Shown here one piece after another: positions 13,830 through 26,388 of a stretch of 64,000 nt of DNA. The DNA comes from Bigelowiella natans CCMP2755. Its lineage: Eukaryota; Protista; Cercozoa. Position 1 is the stretch's first letter. Each line of letters starts with the position of its first letter. Where the stretch lies: positions 29,161 to 93,160 of the forward strand of contig ADNK01001325.1 of NCBI GenBank assembly GCA_000320545.1, written 5' to 3'. Under the pieces are notes generated by a model. That model did not search any database, had not been told where the DNA came from, and saw only the letters and a list, made by a program, of their open reading frames with translations. A program made the translations under genes and the position numbers.

Positions 13830-15200
13830 AAATATATTATCTCAACCCTTTTGACTAATCCAATTGCTTAGACATAGCAATAGTGGAAGAAGAAGAACTT
13901 ATGCGAGCACAGAACAACTTTCTCGATTTCGTTGGATTTATGATCCTTACAATAGCTTCTACCAATGAAACGAAACGACGATAACATTCACAATACTACT
14001 ACTACTACTACTACTCCTATTCCTACTACTGCTACTTTTAGTTGTTGATTTCCTTTTTCAGAAGCAGTTTCATTATCACCATTATCACTATGATCATCAC
14101 CATCATCACCTGAGATGCCTTCCTGACTTGTCCTGCTCTTGCGAGGGCTGTAAGGATGTATTTGAAGGTATGTAAGTCTGGCCTGACAGAAGTCCTTCTC
14201 ATGTGCGACCACGTTATCAAAGCCTTGGTCCAATTGCCCTTGCAACGATAAGTAAAACAACATCAAAGAAGAAGAACAAGATGTTATTAAGAATCTATCA
14301 AGTGAGTAGCAGTAGTAGTAGTAGTAGTAGTACATTTGAATTAGTAATGGGTGGTTGCAAATTTCTGATTATTCGAAGATGATATTAAAAAAGTTGTAAT
14401 AATATATCACGCACTACAAGATCTATCAATACGTTTTCTGCCAATTGCCGTATTTGGTTGTTGTACTGCAGAGTAGTTGTCTTTATTATTCTCTTTTTAT
14501 TATTCTCTTTATTGTCCACGTGGTCGTGATAATCTTGTGCTTTTATTGTTCCTCTGTGGCGAGGAGGGGGAGAAGGAGAAGGTATTATGACATTATCTTC
14601 TGATTCTCCATCATATAGCGGCGGTGCTACTTCTTCAGCTCGAAAACCACGGCTGCCTCTGCCACTACGACTAACGTCAGCAGCTTGATGATGATGATGA
14701 TGTTGCTCTTTTTGCTGCCAGTGCCGGTGTGTTGATGCTGTTTCTGCCTCCGCTATATATGGGTGTTGTTGTTGTAATATTCCAGTAACCACTAACCCCT
14801 TCCCTTTCCTTTGTTGCTCTTGTTGTTCTTTAAAACATTCTATCATGGCTAAAGCTGGGTGAGTAGTAATCTGAGTTATGAAATGCAGTAGTAACTAATT
14901 GCTTCCTTGTATAATTATTCTCTTGTATTGATTCTATTGGGATTTATTTTGCTGTTTTTATCGTCTTCATTACCATATATACATAATATGTGCACACCAA
15001 GAATGTGAAAATAATCTCTTCTTTCTTCATCCTTTTCATAATACATCTACCTGTTCACAATCTTCTTCATTTTCTTTGTAATCTGCAGAATTGAGTAGAG
15101 GGTTCTTTGTTTTCTTCCGGCTGCGATTTCTGTGTTAGTTGGTGTTGACATTATTCAAGGTTTTCAGGCCTAGTTTGTTACGTATCTTCAACTTCAAGGT
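11940..15200 (-). CDS. Pentatricopeptide repeat (PPR) protein, multi-exon; ends approximate
   Basis: PPR motifs RPDLHTFKYILTALARAGQ, RTTVVYNVMLSAHAHAHTWEQALNLLHEF, QPDVVSYTTVMCAMTRANQSLQAIQIFNKMKKEG, KPNTLAYNTL, LMRKMENECLRPDGYTY. Confidence 0.85.
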
Positions 15201-15556
15201 TCAGAAGTAGTAGTAGTAGTAGTAGTAGTAGTTACATGCTTGATATCTGCCTATGACCACCTACCTTTTTATCATAAACTCACCATCAGCGGTGCCTCTC
15301 TCGTGAGATTTGTACAAATGACTATCCAGACTCAACGGTGGTTTAGCATGGCAGGAGGAAGGAGAAAGACAAGAAAGTAATTGGAGAACGAAGAGGGATA
15401 CCACAATCGCCATTAAACCATTCACTGCGGTCTGCTTGGAAACCTCGTTGTGGAGGCTTGCTGCTTGGCTTAAAGATGTTTATGGGATTGTTATCATCTG
15501 CCGACCCTCCTTTGACAGTTTTATATTCGTTAGGCATGCAGGTCACCTCATCACAA

Positions 15557-15602
<46 letters not shown>

Positions 15603-15734
15603 TCTCTCTCTGCAAGACACAAATGCGAAAAATTAAACAGTACTGTCATGACCTAACTACGATCAGAAGTGCGTGTTTGGTTGACGACAGTTGGGGTGAT
15701 CTTCTCCATTTGTTCTGTTTCCGTCCTCAGCTTA

Positions 15735-15782
15735 GTGAAGTCGCATCCTTGACTGCTCTTCGAGCACAAGATGCTTCCATTC

Positions 15783-15858
<76 letters not shown>

Positions 15859-16800
15859 CTTTGTTTTTCCGAAACACTTGTTGTCGAAACAAAGTGTGAT
15901 TTGATCTGCAAAATTGATCCACTGAAAATTGCCCCAAAAAAATCAGACTGTCCTCCAACGCAAATTGGTCACCTGCAAACGCTTGCCCCCCACAAATCCA
16001 CAACCGCATCCCACTCCAATCAAGGAACAAAGAGAACAAATCTCCAACCATGGGCAGTTGAGGATGCGATCTGCTTGACTGACCAACGTTCTTGTGATTT
16101 GCTCAGGGTGTCGCAAAACTCCAATGTGCCAGTGTGAACTGTGAAGTCCCGGTGCGTGCAACAAGCTGACCAACGTGTGCACAATTCGTGCTGAGCACGC
16201 GTCTTTTTCCTGTGAATGTCCGCTTGAGACAGCTGCATGTTTGATTTGGTTTGGTTTGAAGTGATTCTGACACTTTTGAACACTTGTTTTCAAATGCCAA
16301 GTGCTTGCAAACCACCATTCGCTAGTTCGATTTGCTCAAATGCCACTCGAAATCTCCACAAGCGGCATTTGATTTGAACAAACACATGGAATTGTGCACG
16401 ATCTAGCTAGCTAGCGATGCCTGCGCCACGCTAGCACGCCACGGTGAAACGCTGAACCTTCAGTTCGAGCTAGCTTCGCTTGATGGCTGTCAGTATAGCT
16501 TGGCATCAAATTCAAATGAAGCACATCGTGTTGCTTAGTTGCGCACAGCGTTTTGCCGCAGTGCAGCTTGGGTGTCGCACCAGTGGCACGGCATTTTTTT
16601 TTTGGGCCACCACTAACCACTAACTAGCGCTTGTTCTAGCTGCTACCGCGGGCTGTGCTACGGCGCACCTGGGCGACTGTGGCTAAGTACGTGCATGTTT
16701 TCATGCATTTGTGCAACATCATGATTGGTCATCATCACAACTGTGCCCCCCCTTGCTATGACAAGTGACATGTTCCAAAATTGGTGCATCATCTTACAAG
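15735..16800. repeat. TpA-depleted intergenic island with a (GTT)n tract at 15783-15858
   Basis: By eye, 15735-16490 has TpA only inside CTAG. A CTAGCTAGCTAG run starts at about 16403. Confidence 0.7.
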
Positions 16801-16809
16801 TTGTGAATA

Positions 16810-16964
16810 CTACATGCGGAGCATGCCGCTACCTAGCGACGGGGACTCTTTTTTGTCTTCTTCATCCTTCCATACCTTAATGCAAATGTACGGAATGAGC
16901 ATCGTTGATATCGTCATCGTCCTTCACAATCAACTCGTTGACATTAAAATTACATAGACAGATT

Positions 16965-17005
<41 letters not shown>

Positions 17006-17006
17006 A

Positions 17007-17050
<44 letters not shown>

Positions 17051-18609
17051 TATATAATATACACGTGACATGCTAACCTGAGAATTTCTTGGCACATTTT
17101 TTGGCATATTTGAAGGTCTAAAACAGTGTCACAAGACTTTGTTGTGAATGAAGAGGTTGAAATTGATTCTGCATACTCGCCGAAGCCTTTTAACTTCAGG
17201 ACCTAATGACGTATTTGCATTCTTTTCAATTGCCAGGGTAGTAGTTAATGGTACTGCTCCACCTACCTCACAAAAAGAACGGCTTCCAGTTAAATTTAAT
17301 ATCGTATTTAACAAATCCATCCTAAGTATATTGATAATCAACTTTCAAGGTCAACGATTTTCAAGAGAAGGAAACATCGTCTGTTATCATGTCGACCACA
17401 GCTATCAAAAGTACCAATTTATCTGACATTTTTTTAAAGTTTAACTTTAGCTAGTTCTCTATGACGTACACAACTCCTGGAGTTTGTCTTGACAACGGAA
17501 ATCGAAGGAGTTGAATAAGAGCGACAGCAAGCCCCCCCGTAGGACCTACTAACGCGCGACAAAAAGGTCTTGGACCCTCAGATAGAACGCGTAGTAATGC
17601 CGACGCTTCTGCTAACTGAGACTTGGTTTCGGTTGCGCCAAACACTTCGATAAGCACAGGACCAAAATGTAAAGTAGCTGATGATAACGATGTCATTAAA
17701 GGATCAGTAGTCCAAAAAATGGGTTGGCAGTTGCAACAGTGACTGTTTCTTCGATCATCAATATCACCACCATCATCATCATCATCCGATACCCAAAAAA
17801 AGAGCTGCAACCTGCATCATCATAGAATTTTGAATGGCAGGAGAGAAGCCTGAGTAGCCTCAACGAAAAAAAAAGCAACGGGTCTCTTGTTCGACACACT
17901 GAAATTAATACCTGATGATGATGAAATGTATTACTGTGCTGGAAATATAGAAAAAAGTATCGATACCTTCAAAACAAAATATTCGAGAGACATAATCTTC
18001 AAGTTACCTTCATTAGTCGTTTATCGTACACATCATGTACCATGTGCTTGTATTCCCTGAAAATGAGATAATAAGGTATGTTGGATGCTTCCAGGGAAAA
18101 CGCATCAACTTCTACCTGAAATCTTGACAGTCGCACATCATTTTTGCCAGTTTGAAGATATGCACAAAAACTTGCATATTTCTTGATGGCTTTGAGTCGC
18201 AGATCTTTGTAAACAATTTGTGAATGCATCTCAACATAAATGTACGCAAATCTTCGGAAGTTTAGCTGTGTCACAAATCTCGACTAAGCTACGTGTCCGC
18301 GACTCTAAGTATGTTCATAAGTTTCCGGGTTGATACCAAGAGAGCAATCGTCGCTGCTTCCGAAAGAGCTGGTTCATCTTCGAGTGCCTTCTTGTCATAT
18401 TTGTGAGGGCTCCATGCAGCATGACCGACAAACTTTACTTCCCTTTTTTCAGGTATCTTCTCCGATATCCAACGTTGCTCTTGATTAGATCTCTGCATCG
18501 ATCCTGTGAGGCCAGTATTTCCGGTAGAGGACGATGACTGGAGGCGGGCTGGAGATGGTTTAACGAAGGAATCTGAATGAAGGAACTTGACTGAAGACGG
18601 CGTGGTCAT
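16810..18609 (-). CDS. Multi-exon hypothetical helical protein (weak resemblance to PACRG-like proteins)
   Basis: Several short-intron-separated open frames (MTTPSSVKF..., VEVDAFSLEASNIPYYLIFREY, TLHFGPVLIEVFGATETKSQLAEASALLRVLS). Family call is tentative and the 3' end is approximate. Confidence 0.5.
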
Positions 18610-19466
18610 CGTCAGCACGTTTTTCTTGTTCTGTTATTTGGAGGAAACAGCTTTTCCCAATGGCTAAACTTAACTTGTTCTGTCCCTAAGTTTGATAATT
18701 ATAGCAGCCAAGGTTTGTGCCCTCGTGCTCTTCTATCCACTATTAGGGAGCAGCATGTAGTCCAGGTTCGTTTCAATTTCTAGAGTAGTGAATTCTCGAG
18801 AGTTAGTTAGTTAGTTACGTGATGAGAGTCCGCCTGCGATCGTACAGCAGCAACAGCAGCAGGAGGAGGAGGTCACATCATTATGATCGATGTTGAATTT
18901 ACAGTGTCGTTGTTGTTGTAGTTGTTGTTGTTGTTGTTGTAGTTGTTGTTGTTGTTGTTGTTACATGATAGATAGATGTAGGATCGCAGTAGTAAGTAGT
19001 AGCAGTAAGAAGTAGAATTACTTGGGTGAAAAAAGAAGTCAAGGATAAGAAAAGAACTAGATGTTGGATCACAGTAGGAAGTAGTAGATCTAGATTATTA
19101 GTTTTAGTAGATAGATGTAGTACGAAGTAGTAGGAAATAGGATAGGTAGGAAGCCTCTTGCAAATATTTGGGACAAACTGCAGATTATTATTGTCTGAAC
19201 AAGAAAGCATAAAAGCAGCACCGGTAGATCTAGGACTCCTTTTAAAATAATGTTACATGTCGCTTGTGTCGCTTCAGAAATTTACCAGCTGAAATCATTG
19301 TAAGTTTAGTACCGACAAGAGGGGGTACCACAAGAACAAAATACGATTTAGAGTCATTGTTTTGTTACCGCAAGTCTAAATTACAAGCTAAACGTAAAAA
19401 TGGAAAAAACACGTGCCAAAAAGATATATCTTAACGGGATTGTGAAAATCCAATCCTCTATTCGCA

Positions 19467-20233
19467 ATGCTAAACCTCTTATCATCATGCATTCTCCTAC
19501 TCGTAAGCAGTAACGTGGCCCATGCAAACATACAGTTTTCTCGATCTGTTGACCAACTAGAGCAAGGAAACTCTGCAACAGTAACCCTTGACCAAGGATG
19601 CTCGTCCACGGATGACTACGGCTCAAACGATTGCGCCCTTTCATGGGGAACTAACTACACGGTTTTCACGCCATTCTCTTTACATCACAATCAAGTTTAA
19701 AATATATTTTGTACAGGCAACGATCAAAGCACATATCTCTGAGGTTAGAGTGCAAGGATAAAATGTCTGTTGTATGCTGAAAATAGCTTTCTTATAGGTT
19801 CTCATGGGAAATTCCAGCTTCAGCGTTGATATGAAGGTGGACGGCATCATCCCTTTCAAGTTCACTTGCCCTGTTTGTGGAACCACTTGTACGGTCACTA
19901 TCCCTATCGTCAAACAAACGGTAGAAGAGAATTAAGTACTGTAAATGAAAGAATCTGACATGGATTTCTTCTGGCACAGACATCATTCCAATTGCCAGAC
20001 TGTCCCGTGACCGGAGATTTTAACCTGGTTGAACCCATTGCATTGCCATCAAAAAGTCCAATCGGTGTTTCGTCAGGCGCGAAGGGTGAGAAGTTGTTGT
20101 TTGTGTAAAAAACCGTTTCCTTCACATAGATCATCCAGGTACAGTTCAAGTGACAAATGGAGCTGGGACCGTGGTTGCCCATGTGACAGTAGATGCTACT
20201 CTTAAACCTTCATTCAACTCTGAAGAGCTTTAA
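19467..20233 (+). CDS. Secreted Cys-containing beta-sandwich protein, ML/MD-2-like lipid-binding fold; 5 exons
   Basis: Signal peptide MLNLLSSCILLLVSSNVAHA, then GCSSTDDYGSNDCALSWG, FSVDMKVDGIIPFKFTCPVCG, LPDCPV...PIALPSKSP; stop TAA at 20231-20233. Confidence 0.65.
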
Positions 20234-20559
20234 GTGAAGAAATGGATAAATTTAACAAAACCCATGAAATCATGGTAGGTTGCTTCCATGCGGCATTTGA
20301 TCCTACCTCTTAGGGGTGCTGACATCGCGCAATATTTGGATATAGAAACAAAATCGTGCCCAGTTTGTCTCAAATTATTGTCTATCGATGGTGCATACAT
20401 TTCCCCTTCAATGTAGTCTGTACTTAATTCGTACAATCGTGCCTGACACTGCGTTTCACATACATGTAGACATCCATGATGTATGGGCGTAGTGCGTGTT
20501 ACTTGTGTACGATATGGATAGCAATGGTAGGTGCAAACGCGCGCGCAGAATTTTGATTC

Positions 20560-21120
20560 AAAACGCCGAGGCGTGGCGCGCACAAGCGGCGCGTGGTGCG
20601 GGGCAGCGCGGGGCAAGGGGACATCGAGCAGAAGTCTAGAAGTCGCACCTCGGGGGGCGAAAAAAAAATGCGAATGAAAAAAAATTCAACTGTGCCAAAA
20701 GTTTCCAAAGCTAGAAAGGACCCCTGCTTGAAATCTGAATCGAGTTTGCGCGAAAAAAATGCGCACGTCATTTTTTTTTTTCAATTTTCGTGAAGTTGTG
20801 ACCGGTTTATTGCCTGGATGTGCATGACTTACCTGATGGAGAATCGTCAGATGCGCAGCGAAAACGAACGCTCGCGCACGGGCGGCATGTTGCGGGCGCA
20901 CATTCGCGCACACCATCGCAATGTTGACAATTTCACATGCAAACAAAACATGAATGACATCGCAGTAGTCAGAAACAAATGGGCACACACAACATCAGCG
21001 CTGTAGCCACATGCAGCATTGCACAGCTGCTACACAAGTGTGCACATTGAGATGTGCAAGATGCATTGAAAAAAGGTTCAGCATTGTCATTTCATCACAT
21101 CATCATCATCACCTTTTTCT
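20560..21120. repeat. TpA-poor, CpG-rich intergenic island (probable decayed transposon end)
   Basis: Composition matches the other islands; GGGGGGCGAAAAAAAAA-type runs are present. Confidence 0.45.
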
Positions 21121-21864
21121 TCAGATGCTACGTAATGATACGTAGTCAAGTATTTGACGACGATGAGGATGATGTTTGAGTCTTGTTGTGTGATAAATAC
21201 TAATGATAATAACGAACCCACGTGTTGTATGTGGTTGTTGTGCTTGTTGTTTGTTTCCTTCTACTGATGATTCATTTGTAGAGAGACAAAAATACAGCAT
21301 TGGAAAAACCTAAGTATTTGTGTAATGAGAAGAATGTGCCCCTCATGCTCATACATGGCAATGAAGGTACTAACTACTATTCAACATTTATCACTTCTTG
21401 CTTCTTGTTCTTCTTGCTTCTTGTTCTTCTTCTTCTTGCATTTATTTCAAACGAATAAATGACCGGCTAACGGATAACATCATATGAATAAAAAGTAATA
21501 GCTATCAGCTGCTACTAAGCGGTCGATCGACCACCACATTATTCGAATATCATAATTGCGCTACTTTCTCTCATTGTCATTATTCTCTCCCCACCATGGT
21601 AATACAACTACTTCTACTACTACTACTATCCGTCTTTTGTGTCATTCTAGCATTGCATGATGAGCTGTTGATGCCGACGTATCGTAGTGCGATGGCAAGA
21701 TGCGCGGAGACAGGCCACAATGAACTTGTTTGGAAGCGCCACAAATTCAAAACTGTGCAATGCAACATGTGCATCCGGACAAGTTTAGTTGCTAGCAAAA
21801 ACTCATCCAATTCACAATTTTCTACATTTGCATTGCGTATTCATTAGCAGCAGCTAGCACACCT

Positions 21865-22863
21865 TCAAGAGTTGTCCACTTTGCACTTCTTCAACAGTCT
21901 TCTAGCAAACTTCAGGAACCCATATATAGCCTTTGGGTTGTCAACTTTCAACTTTTTGAAGTAGTTTAAATATTCGGTGATACTCACTTTTCCGTCTTTG
22001 TTTTTGTCAAGCGAGCGAATAAGGCGTCCGAAGAATCTTCCATTTTTGTCAAACCTAGAGAGTTCCTTTTCTTCGATTTCTCCACTTTTATCGACATCAA
22101 TAGCATCAAAAACGGATTTTACCCTTTTTTCTTCATCCGTTGTTAGCTTCTTGAGGCATTTTTGGGCATAGCTTAAATAATTCCAAACTGCTTTTGGGTT
22201 TCTAAGTTTTAGTCCTTCGAAAAATTTCAGGTACATCCCTTTGTCAATTTTTCCGTAAAAGGTGTCCATTTTCTCAAAGAGTTTACCACTTTCATCAAAT
22301 CGATACAGTTCTTCTTTATCAAGCACCCCATTTCCGTCCGTGTCGATTTTAGAAAACAAGTCTAGGACGCCTTCCCGTTCTCCAATGGTCATTTTTAGTA
22401 AAGTTTTCTGAGCGTACTTGAGATATTCCTCGATTGCTTTTGGATTCTTTGCTTTCAAGCTCTGGAAAAATTCCAGATATTCTTCTTCGCTCACTTTGCC
22501 GTCTTTGGATGTGTCGAGCTTGGCGAAAAACTTCCCGTTCTTGTCGAAGCACTGCAGATCACTAGATGAGATGGAACCTGTATTCTCCACGTCAATCTTC
22601 GAGAAAACCTCGAGTATCTGCTTTTTTTCGGAAGTTGTGAGACGTGACCCTTGACCCTTAGCCTCAGGGGCCTTGACCTCACGACTTCCCAATCCGTTCA
22701 AGAAGTCTTTAAGGTCGCCCTTCTTTGCCGCTGCGAAGTAGCCAGCTCCAAAATCCAAGATATCCTGGGGCTGGTGCCGGATGACTTCCTTTGTAAGTCC
22801 CTTCAGAATGCCTGGCAGGGCTGGTGGTACTGTTATCTGCTCTGCGGAGTATACCCTATCCAT
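21865..22863 (-). CDS. RIIa dimerisation/docking domain plus multiple EF-hands (ropporin/radial-spoke RSP7-like), single exon
   Basis: YSAEQITVPPALPGILKGLTKEVIRHQPQDILDFGAGYF is an RIIa D/D motif. EF-hand loops: DVENTGSISSSD, DTSKDGKVSEEE, DTDGNGVLDKEE, DVDKSGEIEEKE, DKNKDGKVSITE. Confidence 0.88.
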   Translation of the reverse strand: MDRVYSAEQITVPPALPGILKGLTKEVIRHQPQDILDFGAGYFAAAKKGDLKDFLNGLGSREVKAPEAKGQGSRLTTSEKKQILEVFSKIDVENTGSISSSDLQCFDKNGKFFAKLDTSKDGKVSEEEYLEFFQSLKAKNPKAIEEYLKYAQKTLLKMTIGEREGVLDLFSKIDTDGNGVLDKEELYRFDESGKLFEKMDTFYGKIDKGMYLKFFEGLKLRNPKAVWNYLSYAQKCLKKLTTDEEKRVKSVFDAIDVDKSGEIEEKELSRFDKNGRFFGRLIRSLDKNKDGKVSITEYLNYFKKLKVDNPKAIYGFLKFARRLLKKCKVDNS

Positions 22864-23056
22864 TGTTAGCCACTGAGCGTACTCAACAACACAGCGTATC
22901 GGTTTCACTCTCTGGCAGAATGTCGTTTCAGTATAAGATGAGAGGTACGACTTGCAATTAATTCCAGAAAACCCACCAATTACACAAAAATGCTACTTAA
23001 AAAAGAGGTTTTTATCAATGCGACAATGCAAAATGGTCTAAAAATCTGTCTTGCTA

Positions 23057-26000
23057 TGATGGACACAGACTGAGATCACTCGCACAGTTCCTCAACGCTG
23101 TCAAGGGAAAAATGTGATTCTTCTCGCGGAGTGTGTCCACGCGTCCCCCTCCATTGCTTTGTGCATTCATTCATTCATTCCTTCCAGCAAATGTGAAACA
23201 TGATGGTCATGTGACACCATGCACATGATGTGCATGATGTCACTGTTGCTGATGATGGACGTGCAATGCCACGTGCCATGTGCTTGTGCAATGCACACGA
23301 CATCACTGTGTCCATGATGAACAAACCCTCAACCTTCTGTGGAGGTTTGGTTGATTGTCACGGTCAAGTCAGCATCGATCCTTCACACACATCCAGACAT
23401 GCACAACCGTGTTCACAACCGCTCCTGTGGGACTGCTTGACTTCGCTTGTTCCTGTGGAAAGAACTCACTCGTTCGCTCACTCCCTCCTTGTTTGCTCAC
23501 TCATTCACCTAGTCGTCCACACTCTGCGCCCTGCCAAAATCATCCGTCCATGTGCCGTGGTCGTTGCGATGCATCGCACGCACTGCACGCACGTGTGTGT
23601 GCCAGCGCTGGAGCCGTGCGCACGCACGTGCATGTCCAGCAGGCGCGGCCGCTCACGTTGCGTTCATGCGATTGTTTTCAGTGTTTGTGTTGGATGTGGT
23701 GCAAGTGAACGAAGTGTGCAAGGCCAGCCCGACGTGTCCTGGACGCGGTGATGACACGGCAATCACGGTGCGCATCGCACCCTGATCCAGTGATGAGTGT
23801 GCCGCGCGTGCATCACAACAAGGACACGCCAGCACGTGCTTGGCACTCTGACACTCCCTCTGGTCCTGAAAGCCCTGCAGTTTGCGAGCTTTCAGGCATT
23901 GCCACAGCAAGCGGCAAACTTGACCACGATCTGACAATTGAACGTTGACCATGCTGGAAGTGTGCGGACCTCATCGAAGTTCCACGACCTGGACAACCCA
24001 GCAATGTTGCGCGGCAGCAGCTCTCTTGTGGGGACCCACTCAGGTCCCCATGCGTGCACACGCGTGTCAACGCATGAAACACACGTGTGCCATTTTTCCA
24101 GGTCCCTGTGCTCTCGCGCGCGCGCACACGCCAGGTGCCACACGCCTCTGGGCCTGGATGTCCAGACATCGATCTGGACGCACTGTGCAAGCAAACGTTT
24201 GGTGCTGCGAACTCATCGGGCCGGTGCTCATGCGCACGGCGCAAGGCAAGTCAAAGTTTGAATTCGGCCGTGGCGTGCGCTGGCATGAGTGCACCTCGCT
24301 GGCTGCTGGAGCTCGCAAGCGCCGCGTGACGGTGGCCCCAGCTAGGCTTCCACGTGACACACACTGACACAGTGTGTGGTGTGCACTGCAGGCACGGTGC
24401 GTGTGCACGCTGCACGTCACACGCACAGAGCACAGCCACACGTCACCTTGTGTGTTGTTCCGTCGCAATGTGAAATTTCCGCGTTGCGTGCCAGCGTGGT
24501 TGTCAGTCGTGTCCACTGCACGAGCTGCAGCGTCACGTGACAACTCGACACGACATGATGCATCTTGAATCACGTTCAATGACTGTGTCTGTTGATTCTG
24601 CTGGCATGCCTTGCATGCAGATTCCTCCACACCAGCGTGCCACGGGGGTCCACGTGACTCACAGATCGCTGGATCACGCCAGCACGTGCCAGCATGACCA
24701 AGTCATCAGAAATCACTGGATCAGTGGATTGGGGGAACCGCCCCCAATGTGCCAATTTGATCTGCAACTGGTTCACAGGACGTTGGCGCCACGTCCAAAG
24801 TCACGACTGGTTGCCCACGGCTTGAAGTGCGCATCGCAACTGCAAAACTTCACCTCGCTTCACTTCACTTCAATTCAATGTCGTGCATGCACTTCGTGTG
24901 CACACCACGTGCTGTCCTGCATCGCATGCACACATTGTGCACTTTGGTGCACGCACGCACCATCACAGGAAACTCCAACACAAAGACGCACGTCGTGCAG
25001 TGCAGGTTCACACACGACGAGATGCGTGACGTGTTGTCCGTTCACGTTCTCACGTGTTTGTCATTGATTCTGGCATTGCACGCGCGCTCGCCACCATGCG
25101 CATGCTTGCTGGCTTGTGGTTTGCACCGTTGCGCAGCGTTGCGTTGGTCGCAGTGTCGTCGCTTCAACCAGATGTCAGAACTGATGCTGAACATCTCATC
25201 ACATTCAGTGGGCAACCTTCAACTGAATTGAAAAAAACAGCTGAAGAAATGTCAACAGGCAAATGCACCAAGAAAAAAATTGCAGAAACATTTGATGAAA
25301 CATCCACTGCAGATCGTTCATTTTTGCATCATGATCGCAAGCAAAGTGTGAACAAAAGACACATGATGAACTTTGAAAGTTTTGTGAACATCTGAAGTGC
25401 GTGCTGGCGGTGCGATGCACTCAACCAGTCCAGTGCAATCCGCAATCGATGCGCGCGCCAGTCCAGCAGTGCACGCTCGCTTGCATGCCATGTTTGGACG
25501 CACGTGCAATGGCACACGATCGCGCTAGCGCGGCTGGGTGATCTGGAGATCAAGGGGGGCGGGAATGAGGGTTTTGCGGCCGCAGGGGTGTTTTTTTCGC
25601 GCGGAGCGCGAGAAATTTGCGGGTGGTTGCAGTGAAGTTTGCAAGTTTCCATTGCAGATTTCACTGAATTTCAGAAAAATGCTCTGCACGTTTTGGCATG
25701 GTGAAATGCGGAAACAGCGCAACGCGCCAAGAGAAGCCATTTCCGCAAGTCAGCTTCGGCCGGCGGCGCTCGGCAGGGCCGCAGGGCGCCTGCGATTGCT
25801 GTGTCCGCAAACCCGCCCCCCTTGAGCTCTGGGGCGCCCGGCTGCGAACGCCACTCACGTGGCACGGCGGCAGATCGTGTCAAGCACCTCAAGTTCAGCA
25901 ACAAGTGACGACAACACGTGCATCACACGCCTCGGAGACGTTCGGAGACAGGTGTCATTTGCGTTCTTGTTTTTCCCCTCTTGTTTTGCGAAGCTCTGGC

Positions 26001-26352
26001 TGGTCTGGTGATGTCAGGTGAACGAGTGAACTGAAGAACGATTGAACTCACAGGAACGCACCCAAACACAAACATCGTTGCAGTGAACACTTCCATTGGG
26101 AGAAGACACGCGAATCGTGAGCTGAACCCAATGACGGCCACATCTGACAAGTTGTGAAATGACCCTTCCAAATGAAAACAGGAGTTGGCCAACCAACAGC
26201 CACAACGATGACAGTGACAGCCAAACCACATCCAATGTTGCAACACATTTGCAGCCACTTTCATCCGAGGAAGGCGAGTTGCGGTTCGTGTTTTTTCACA
26301 TGCGACAAGATTTTGGTTTTGTCGCACACAAAACAACAAGTTTTTTCTGCAA
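23057..26352. repeat. Large TpA-erased intergenic island (decayed transposon-derived DNA)
   Basis: Only 3 TpA found in about 3.3 kb, all in CTAG (23509, 24342, 25525). TG, CA and CG are abundant. Confidence 0.9.
25550..25825. mobile_element. MITE-like element with terminal inverted repeats; flanks read as mutated TTAA target-site duplications (Kolobok-like)
   Basis: TCAAGGGGGGCGGG (25550-25563) and CCCGCCCCCCTTGA (25812-25825) are perfect reverse complements. Confidence 0.6.
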
Positions 26353-26388
26353 TAGGAATTGTACAACTGCTCACTCTCGAAATTAAAA

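Noticed and set aside
23230-26350. Dense overlapping Cys/His-rich ORFs in all six frames (also at 38.2-39.3, 52-54.5 and 63-63.7 kb)
   Set aside because: Loss of TpA removes TAA/TAG stops and Tyr codons and enriches His/Cys codons, which creates spurious ORFs; no recognisable domains.
23057-26352. CpG methylation decay or classical RIP as the cause of TG/CA richness
   Set aside because: CpG is abundant in the islands and TpA, the RIP product, is the missing dinucleotide.
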